Shown: one piece after another, positions 57,079-64,000 of the stretch | Position numbering within the stretch: position 1 is the first letter of the stretch | Layout of the letters: each line of letters opens with the position of its first letter | Translations under genes and position numbers: made by a program | Notes under the pieces: generated by a model | The model's database searches: none | Told to the model about the DNA's origin: nothing | Seen by the model: only the letters and a program-made list of their open reading frames with translations | Virus record (IMG/VR): IMGVR_UViG_3300000117_000017 | From: an uncultured virus (IMG/VR IMGVR_UViG_3300000117_000017) | Taxonomy: Duplodnaviria > Heunggongvirae > Uroviricota > Caudoviricetes | DNA: 64,000 nucleotides | Strand: one strand, 5' to 3'

Positions 57079-57243
57079 TTATTCAGACTTCCATATTGTC
57101 CACACACCATAAGCAATTGCAATACCTGCTGCAATTTTAGCTAACGGTGATAAAAATAAAATCATAAGACCAAGAGCAATACATACTGCTCCATCCATAC
57201 TTGTTCTTTCTTTAATTCTTTTGTTTATCCAACCTTTGACCAT
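57079..57243 (-). CDS. Small 2-TM membrane protein (holin candidate, 54 aa)
   Basis: Manual translation MVKGWINKRIKERTSMDGAVCIALGLMILFLSPLAKIAAGIAIAYGVWTIWKSE. Confidence 0.6.
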   Translation of the reverse strand: MVKGWINKRIKERTSMDGAVCIALGLMILFLSPLAKIAAGIAIAYGVWTIWKSE

Positions 57244-57554
57244 TACCATTTCTCCTTGTCTGCCCAGTACGCAGCTGACATCTTTCCTTTAGCGATGTTC
57301 TTGCCATGACGAGCTTTAAATGATTTACGTCTTGCTTTTTGTTTATCAGACTCTCCTTTTTTAGGAGCTCCTGCAGTGGTTACACCTTGTTGACCAAATC
57401 TTATAGTTTTTACTTTGTCTCCGTCTTTTGCTACAACAATGTGACTACTGGTAGGATGGCTTGGTGTTCGTTTGGCTTTATTAAATCCGGCAACACCAGC
57501 TCTTTTAATTCTAGGATCTTTTTCTTCGATAAACTTTTTAAAACTTAAAGTCAT
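57243..57554 (-). CDS. Basic protein with capsid-targeting-like N-terminus
   Basis: MTLSFKKFIEE; K.IRFGQQG, RRKSFKARH, SAAYWADK.KW. Confidence 0.7.
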   Translation of the reverse strand: MTLSFKKFIEEKDPRIKRAGVAGFNKAKRTPSHPTSSHIVVAKDGDKVKTIRFGQQGVTTAGAPKKGESDKQKARRKSFKARHGKNIAKGKMSAAYWADKEKW

Positions 57555-58312
57555 TTCTTTTTCCTTTTTTTATTATCAGGGTGTCCTTTACCGCCGTCTT
57601 TACGAGTAGCCCATACAGCACGTTGTTGAGCCATAGACACATAACCTTCTTCTTTTTCGCCAGGAGTTACTTTCTTCATAAGCTTTACAGATTCTGGTGT
57701 ACCATAATCATATTTGTATTCTTTAACTTCTCTACCTTGTGCTTTATCTCTATATGCTTTCTTAACTTTAGATACTTCTATTCTATCAACATCTTTTATT
57801 AATGAAGGCTGTTTAACAATCTTACGTAACTGTTGTTTAAGTTCGCCAGGAGTTTTAGCTTTCATGTACATTGTTGGAAGACCATCAATCTCTACTTTAA
57901 AGTTTGTATCTTCTTTCTTTAAAGCTCTTTTAGCAAGTGCTATTTTAGTGTCATCAGCTTTTTTTGTTACTGTAAGGACATCAGCTTTCTTTTGCATGTC
58001 TTTCGCATCTTTACCCATGGTTCTAAACATTAAAGGTTTCTTCTTAGTGCTAGGACCTACTAATGCTCTTTGAACTCCAGCTTTAAACTTTTTCCTCATA
58101 GATAATTCTTTGACACTACGATTCATTTGACCAAAGAGTTTTAAAGTATTACCCATAAGCTTAGCTTCTTGTGGTCCACGCTTAGCATCAAGATACGCGG
58201 CAATCGCCATGTCTCTTCGTTTCTTTTCGCTTTTACCTTTAAACTGCGGTGCTTTAGATTTCTTAAAATCTTTGATGTAAGAACCGATTCCGTCTTTTGG
58301 ATCTAGTGGCAT
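57551..58312 (-). CDS. Basic modular protein, putative internal head protein
   Basis: YIKDF.KS.APQFKGKS..KRR.MAIAAY module, then further Glu-bounded modules. Confidence 0.6.
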   Translation of the reverse strand: MPLDPKDGIGSYIKDFKKSKAPQFKGKSEKKRRDMAIAAYLDAKRGPQEAKLMGNTLKLFGQMNRSVKELSMRKKFKAGVQRALVGPSTKKKPLMFRTMGKDAKDMQKKADVLTVTKKADDTKIALAKRALKKEDTNFKVEIDGLPTMYMKAKTPGELKQQLRKIVKQPSLIKDVDRIEVSKVKKAYRDKAQGREVKEYKYDYGTPESVKLMKKVTPGEKEEGYVSMAQQRAVWATRKDGGKGHPDNKKRKKK

Positions 58313-58320
58313 CAGTACCT

Positions 58321-58566
58321 CTACTTTGCATTCATTGCTTTTGTCATCTGAGTGATGACTCGTTTCATATCGCTCTTTGGAATTTGAATATGTTTACCCT
58401 TGCCTCTTCCATAATTGATTTGAAAGCTTGGTCCTTTTTTACCAGCGAACCTATCAATCTGAAAACCAGTAATGTCGTCAGTGTACATATTTGTAGCTTC
58501 TTCTAACTCAGCTGCTTCATCAATTAAGTTTTGCTTAACTTCTTCTATCGCTCTTCTTAAGCTCAT
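58321..58566 (-). CDS. Hypothetical protein with putative cleaved acidic leader
   Basis: MSLRRAIEEV..NLIDE...LEEA. Confidence 0.55.
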   Translation of the reverse strand: MSLRRAIEEVKQNLIDEAAELEEATNMYTDDITGFQIDRFAGKKGPSFQINYGRGKGKHIQIPKSDMKRVITQMTKAMNAK

Positions 58567-59411
58567 CTTTTCATACTCCCTATTTTTTTCTTAGTACCAA
58601 AATCTTTAGTATCAGCTTTGGATATCATACCTTTGATACCTGCTCCAGGATCTGCTTTTCCGTGATAGCCATCAGCATAACCGGGTGGAAGTTTTTTTAC
58701 TTTACCACCTTTCATTTTAAATGCTGCAATAGCTGCGTCATGTGCTTTCTTTTCTGAATCAGACATTGCTTCTTTTTTCATAAGCCTGTTTGTAGCTCTA
58801 TCGATACCACGTACTCTCATTGAAGCTTTTCTTTCAGGACCTTTATTGTAATCTTGATCTTTATGCTTACCACCTAATTTGCCTATAGCATCTTGTGTAG
58901 AATCATCTCTACCTTTTTGAAATACATCTCTTGAGGCTTTGCCAATATAATTCTTTGCAAGATTCTTTGATATTTCATTTACTTTAGATTCGTTTTGTTT
59001 TCTTAAAACTGCTGCAACTTGAGGATGTTTATCAATATCTTTGGAGATTTTATTCATAGCTTTTACAGCACCAGTCATATTTCCTTTTTTATATCGAGGA
59101 TCAGATGCTATACCAATTGCTTGTTTAACATGTTTAGCGTCGTGCGCTTCATCTACAGATTCTTTTTTACCTTTACCGCTGAGGTCTGAATCGGCACCGT
59201 AGTAAGTACCTTTACCTTTTCCAATATAAGAATTGACTCTTGCCATTGCCCACTGTTGAGGTGTGGTTCCTGGCCTGTGACCGGTTTTCCAAGCTGCCAT
59301 TCCTCTATTATATACTTTCTTTAAAGTACCATAAGATATGCCAGACTTTGCCGATTTTTTCTTGAGTCCTTCGTTTTCGAATAACTCTTGATGGGTTGAA
59401 AATTTAAGCAT
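58563..59411 (-). CDS. Basic modular protein (DUF5824-like N-terminal module)
   Basis: KSGISYGTLKKVYNRG.AAW.TGHRPG.TPQQWA.ARVNS. Confidence 0.65.
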   Translation of the reverse strand: MLKFSTHQELFENEGLKKKSAKSGISYGTLKKVYNRGMAAWKTGHRPGTTPQQWAMARVNSYIGKGKGTYYGADSDLSGKGKKESVDEAHDAKHVKQAIGIASDPRYKKGNMTGAVKAMNKISKDIDKHPQVAAVLRKQNESKVNEISKNLAKNYIGKASRDVFQKGRDDSTQDAIGKLGGKHKDQDYNKGPERKASMRVRGIDRATNRLMKKEAMSDSEKKAHDAAIAAFKMKGGKVKKLPPGYADGYHGKADPGAGIKGMISKADTKDFGTKKKIGSMKR

Positions 59412-60594
59412 TAGCTTTACTCCTGTTTTTAATTTTTCTAACTTTAGCTCGATCTAACATTCTAGCATGTTTAATCTTATCAACTATTTTTTCTCTTTCA
59501 ATTTTTTTCTTAGCGAGGTCTACAGCATCTTCACCATACATTCTTCTATACTTTAAAGTATGTTTACTTGGTTTAGTTTTAGCTGTTGCATCACCAGGTG
59601 CTTTCTTGTATGCTGCCGGATTATCATCCGACATTTTAGCGTGTTTTTTGAAATGTGAAAGTCTTTTAGTCTTAGTAGATTTCGAAAGACCTTTGAAGTA
59701 TGGAGCCGGTTGAGTACCGGGTGCTTTCTTTACATCAGGATCTTGCTTTACTTTCTTCGGTGCTTCTTGTTTCTTTTCTACTAATTCAATATCAGTTAAC
59801 CATTTTCTATAAGACCTACCATTTGATTCTACAATGACATAATTACTTCCAAGATTGGTAACAGTAGCGAGTTCGTCACTGCCCATGAAAGCAACACTGT
59901 CACCAATATTAAACAGAGTTCCTTTAACATATGCCTCTCTTTCTTCAGAGACTGGAGTAAAGTGTAATGTAGTTTTATATTCTTTTTGTTCTTTTAATCC
60001 CATTCCACGACGTACTTCATTATATACTTTCTTAGCTTCATTATTCGAAACACTTCTAGGTAACCCTTGTGAGAATTGTGTAAAGTCTCCTTTACTCGCC
60101 AAATTTCTCATCTTTGATGCTGACATACCTGATACGTCATCTGCATCTGGATCACGGTCTCCAGCTGAAATTACGTTTATTTTGTTAAACTTATAAAGTC
60201 CATGTCTTCCTTTTACACCATTGTATTTTTCTAATAACTTTTTAAATTCATTAATCCTGTCTGAGCCAACAACCATATTGATATTCTTATATCCTTCTGA
60301 ATATAATTTAGTTGCTGCATCAAATACATTCTTAACTTTCTTATCAAGCATTACACTTCTGGCGTGCTTTGGAAAAAATTTACGGACCGTCTTAATTTTA
60401 TAATTATAGTTCAAAGGGTTTTTCTTGTTATCTGTAGATTGAGATAGATACACTCTGTATGGGTTACTACCTGATTTTTTAGATAACTCATTCATTAACT
60501 TTTCATGACCCGATGTAGGTGGATTCATACGTCCAAAAGTAAAGTATACAGTTTTGTCTTCTTCAATAAGAAATGATCTAAACGAATTTATCAT
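59404..60594 (-). CDS. HIGH-superfamily nucleotidyltransferase (cytidyltransferase-like)
   Basis: FTFGRMNPPTSGHEKL, KNPL, MVVGSDR, SAG.RDPD, MSASKMR. Confidence 0.8.
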   Translation of the reverse strand: MINSFRSFLIEEDKTVYFTFGRMNPPTSGHEKLMNELSKKSGSNPYRVYLSQSTDNKKNPLNYNYKIKTVRKFFPKHARSVMLDKKVKNVFDAATKLYSEGYKNINMVVGSDRINEFKKLLEKYNGVKGRHGLYKFNKINVISAGDRDPDADDVSGMSASKMRNLASKGDFTQFSQGLPRSVSNNEAKKVYNEVRRGMGLKEQKEYKTTLHFTPVSEEREAYVKGTLFNIGDSVAFMGSDELATVTNLGSNYVIVESNGRSYRKWLTDIELVEKKQEAPKKVKQDPDVKKAPGTQPAPYFKGLSKSTKTKRLSHFKKHAKMSDDNPAAYKKAPGDATAKTKPSKHTLKYRRMYGEDAVDLAKKKIEREKIVDKIKHARMLDRAKVRKIKNRSKANA

Positions 60595-61514
60595 TAACCT
60601 TTTTTCCTCTGTACTTCTTTCTTACGAACGTCTTTAAACTTGCGTTTAGCTAATCTATTAATCCTTTGTTTTAACGCTGGCTTATCAAGTCTCTTTTCAA
60701 TTTCTTGTTTTCTTGCAAATGTAAGCTCGCTTTTAGGTATGCCTCGAGTTAATTTCTTTGCAATTTCATTACGTGCTTGTCTTCGTGATCTTTTTTCAAG
60801 AGTCTTTTTATTAGCCATCTTTCTCATGGCTCTTTGACGACCAATCTTAATTCTTGTTTTTAATCTCTTCATCAATCGAGATTTCTTCATTCTCTGTTGT
60901 AGGTTTAAGGCTTCATCAACATCTACTTCTTCTTTTGGCATTTCATCTGGCCATGTAGCTTCGTCAATTGATTCTTCTTTCATTAAACCGTTTAAGCTTT
61001 CTCTAGGATACATTCTAAATACTTTAGCACGAGCTTTATCAATGTACTTTTTCTTATTACGTTCGTAATCACCAGGATTTTTTGCTAGTGTTCTAGCGTG
61101 TTTAGTTATGTCAGATGGTTTAGTTGGTTTAAGAACTGAAGGAGAAGAAGCTTCGCTTTTAGCTTTTTTCTTTTTCAAATTAGCTGGATGTAATGGATGT
61201 TTAATACCATAAGGAGATTCAGGATTAGGATCTGCTTTTTTTGGTCTACCTTTTAAATCATTAGGATCTACAATTGCTTCTTTTTTAATAACTTCTTTAT
61301 CAGTCTTAACCATGCGTATGCCGACTTTACCGTCAGGCTTTATATATTTTTCTGGTTTTCTATCTGCTGATTGTACGCTCTCATTTCCGTGATATTGCTT
61401 CTTACGTTTCTGAGCGTAGTATTTCACTTCATCTGATTCGCCTGGCTTATAATCCGCAGACGTCATATGTTTAAAATCTAATGGTGCCATTAGTTCCTCC
61501 CCGGCTTGTCCCAT
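60594..61514 (-). CDS. Highly basic modular protein
   Basis: C-terminal DEAL..QQR.K..R.M.R module; Glu-bounded segments; true start probably ATG 61490. Confidence 0.6.
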   Translation of the reverse strand: MGQAGEELMAPLDFKHMTSADYKPGESDEVKYYAQKRKKQYHGNESVQSADRKPEKYIKPDGKVGIRMVKTDKEVIKKEAIVDPNDLKGRPKKADPNPESPYGIKHPLHPANLKKKKAKSEASSPSVLKPTKPSDITKHARTLAKNPGDYERNKKKYIDKARAKVFRMYPRESLNGLMKEESIDEATWPDEMPKEEVDVDEALNLQQRMKKSRLMKRLKTRIKIGRQRAMRKMANKKTLEKRSRRQARNEIAKKLTRGIPKSELTFARKQEIEKRLDKPALKQRINRLAKRKFKDVRKKEVQRKKG

Positions 61515-62719
61515 CCTTTTATAATTTCTGGTGAAAAGTTGGCATATGAGAATTCCATACGATCAACGATTTTCACTGCATCACCACCAAGTTTGTCAAT
61601 GGCCACATACCCTTCTTGACCCGTTACCTTATACCCATCACGAGTCTTAAGAAACGTTTGTGCGCCATTAAGCTTATTAAGTATATTTATAATTTTTAAT
61701 TTTGCTAGAACTATAGATTTCTGTAATTCAAACATCATTTCCAAACTTATTTTGTTTTGTGGTGAAAAGAATTTAAGTATTTCATTTAATTTTTGTTGTT
61801 GAGCAGTTTTACCTTTTTCGCTCTTTCTTTTATCTATCTCTTTTTGAAACTTCAATTTTATGTGTGATATTAACTTCGCAACGTGGGTTTTGGTATTACC
61901 AATGACTTCACCTTTTCGTACAAAAGAATTATTAAACGTTTCAATAAGCTGAGCAATGTTATTGTTGTTTTCGAGAGTACGTAAGGTAGTACTAGAAATT
62001 TTATTAAAAATCCTGCCAGCATTACTAAGATGTGCATTAACTTCCTCCGTATCTTTTTTAGTCATTGTAAATTGAGTCATGTCTCTGAGCATTGCATCTT
62101 GTGACCAAACATTTTTAGTGTTTTTAAACTTAGTAGTATCTACACCGTAAGAAGCTTTCATTGTTTCAAATGTGTTACCTGTGTATGTAGTGTGCCAAAC
62201 TATTCCAATCTTTGCAGCTTTAACTTTCTTAGCAGCTTCAGTTCCAGCCGGCACTGCATATACAATTGTATTAGGATGAAAAGTGACATAAGGTTTACCT
62301 TTTAACTTTTTAGTTTTAACATCACTTGAATCAAATAAGAAGTCACCTTGTACTACACCTTTGATACCGAGTTCAGGCAAATACTTTAATGCGGCTTTGA
62401 GTTTAGCATTAAGATCACCACCAGTATCGTCGTCAACGTCAGAATTAGTTTTATATACTTTTGGCGTGGCGTTGAAGATGCCTTTCTTAGCCACAAAAAA
62501 TTTACCGTCGCGAGGATCAGTACCAGCGAAAACAGCGGGTGCACCGTCCCACTTAACACTAACGTTTCCATCTTTAACTCCTGCTAACATGTCTCTTAAT
62601 GAACGTAAAGCAAGTATAGCTTGCCTAGTTCCATCTACACCACCGTAAAGAACTTTGTCTTCGATGTGAGTCATGTGTGTATTCTTTTGTTCTGTTATAT
62701 ATTCTTTAAATTTAATCAT
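61490..62719 (-). CDS. DUF6267-like protein with ATP-dependent ligase/nucleotidyltransferase motifs
   Basis: MIKFKEYITE leader; KNTHMTHIED; VKWDG, QGD, EGYV, VKIV. Confidence 0.65.
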   Translation of the reverse strand: MIKFKEYITEQKNTHMTHIEDKVLYGGVDGTRQAILALRSLRDMLAGVKDGNVSVKWDGAPAVFAGTDPRDGKFFVAKKGIFNATPKVYKTNSDVDDDTGGDLNAKLKAALKYLPELGIKGVVQGDFLFDSSDVKTKKLKGKPYVTFHPNTIVYAVPAGTEAAKKVKAAKIGIVWHTTYTGNTFETMKASYGVDTTKFKNTKNVWSQDAMLRDMTQFTMTKKDTEEVNAHLSNAGRIFNKISSTTLRTLENNNNIAQLIETFNNSFVRKGEVIGNTKTHVAKLISHIKLKFQKEIDKRKSEKGKTAQQQKLNEILKFFSPQNKISLEMMFELQKSIVLAKLKIINILNKLNGAQTFLKTRDGYKVTGQEGYVAIDKLGGDAVKIVDRMEFSYANFSPEIIKGWDKPGRN

Positions 62720-63999
62720 TCGTAAACCTTTGCGTAAATTGATGATATGTCTAGTTTAGAACCAGCATAATTCACCATGTCTGTTACAACCAAATCTGCT
62801 TTGCCGTTTCTCATATTATCAACTAAATGAAACAACACATGTATTGAAGCAATTTTACTATGCACTTCATTTGCTAACTTTGTAGTTAAGCCTTCCATGA
62901 ATTCTTCTTTACTAACTGTAGGATGTATCTTCTTAACCATATTGTAGATTGGTAATGCATTACGAGACTTTTCACCTTGTTTGTTTAATTCCAATGCTGT
63001 TCTTTTAAGATCTGCGTTTGAAGGTAGTGTTTTACCGATCCTTCTTTTAATTGAATCGGTTATTTGTGCGTAGCCTCCGCCACCACCTCTTGCAGTTTTT
63101 AATTCTAGTTCAAATGTTAAAGCAGCAAATTGCGATTTATTACGTATTGCAGCTTTACCTCCGTCAAACTCGATGTTAGCAGCTTTACCTCTCCAGAATT
63201 CAGAACCTTTTTTAGCAAAGGTTGCCATCAATCGTCCGCCTTTAAACTTATGAACATCTAAACTTTCATCTTTATTTTCTATAGAAAGTTTTATTCCTTT
63301 TTTAGATTGAACCTTTTTTAATGAAATACCTACTAATTTTCTTGATTCAAATAGTTTAACAAGTGTTTTATTTAGTTCCTGAATAGAACCTTTTGGTAGT
63401 TTGCTGGCTATTGATTTATCAGTAGTTGCCCATATGTCACCAGGGTTCCATTTGTCATTACTTAACTTATTCATTTGAGAATTTTTAAGAGCTTCATCTT
63501 TTACTTTATAAATGTCATTCATAACTTTATCATCACGGTGGAATGACATATTTTTATTAATTAAATTTTTCTTTAGTAATTCTTGTGCTGTCCAATAACC
63601 CGACCAATGCCATGATGCATCTAGACTCATAACCTGTTCAAATGTAGCACCTTTCACTGAAATTGCATTATAGGCTTTTTCAAGATCAGATGGCTGGATA
63701 GACTCAAAGGATGCACGGGTATTGTTCACCATATACGCGCAGTAAACACATTGTGTAATTTCAGCAAAAGCGGTTTGCTGCGTTCCGCCACCAGAACCTC
63801 CGGTAGCTCCACCGAATACATTTGATTTACCGATTTCATTTGATTTAATTGTGCCGGCATTTGTTTCAAACTCTTGTGTTTTCTTTTCTTTTTCTAAACG
63901 ATCAATTGCTTCTCTATTTGCTGGTGTATTCTTTATTATTATTTCTTTGCCTGCAATAGAAGGAATAGCTTCACCAGCTTTAACGATCTTTCTTAGTAT
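62716..63999 (-). CDS. PD-(D/E)xK-like protein (partial; frame stays open to the window edge)
   Basis: DKWNPGDIW...LVGISLKK; frame upstream of ATG 63732 is open (ILRKIVK...FGGATGGSGGGTQQTAFAE..QC). Confidence 0.55.
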   Translation of the reverse strand: MLRKIVKAGEAIPSIAGKEIIIKNTPANREAIDRLEKEKKTQEFETNAGTIKSNEIGKSNVFGGATGGSGGGTQQTAFAEITQCVYCAYMVNNTRASFESIQPSDLEKAYNAISVKGATFEQVMSLDASWHWSGYWTAQELLKKNLINKNMSFHRDDKVMNDIYKVKDEALKNSQMNKLSNDKWNPGDIWATTDKSIASKLPKGSIQELNKTLVKLFESRKLVGISLKKVQSKKGIKLSIENKDESLDVHKFKGGRLMATFAKKGSEFWRGKAANIEFDGGKAAIRNKSQFAALTFELELKTARGGGGGYAQITDSIKRRIGKTLPSNADLKRTALELNKQGEKSRNALPIYNMVKKIHPTVSKEEFMEGLTTKLANEVHSKIASIHVLFHLVDNMRNGKADLVVTDMVNYAGSKLDISSIYAKVYE

Positions 64000-64000
64000 A

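Noticed and set aside
497..62648. Many 60-150 aa ORFs antisense or out of frame to long genes
   Set aside because: They are shadows of recognisable phage genes and have no motifs or RBS of their own
1..64000. tRNA genes or stop-codon reassignment
   Set aside because: No cloverleaf was seen in the short intergenic gaps, and core genes are intact and end in TAA, TAG and TGA under the standard code

Overview
This is a 64-kb segment of an AT-rich T4-like myophage genome, probably marine, read in the standard genetic code. Its spanin genes point to a Gram-negative host. From left to right it holds: (1) a minus-strand array of tail-fibre/adhesin paralogues and a 1939-aa repetitive fibre (1-13.8 kb); (2) a plus-strand island behind a late promoter, with three glycosyltransferase-like genes, a methyltransferase and a radical SAM enzyme (13.9-17.8 kb); (3) baseplate genes, including a split VrlC/DUF4815-like pair with a C-terminal Hint domain, gp8, gp9/10, gp7, gp6, gp25, a split gp5 region, gp27-like, gp53 and gp48; (4) gp4, gp2, gp54, gp26/gp51 and a gp29-like gene; (5) gp32, gp33, small early genes behind repeated sigma70-type promoters, a class II ribonucleotide reductase and spanins; (6) a block of basic proteins with capsid-targeting-like N-termini, including a HIGH-family nucleotidyltransferase, a KxDG ligase-fold protein and a PD-(D/E)xK-like protein. 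The leading hypotheses are a phage-encoded virion O-glycosylation system acting on an Asp-Ser sequon, a -1 frameshift fusing gp26 to gp51, Hint-mediated processing of the split baseplate protein, and head-packaged polyprotein/enzyme cargo. All calls come from motif recognition by eye; no searches were run.
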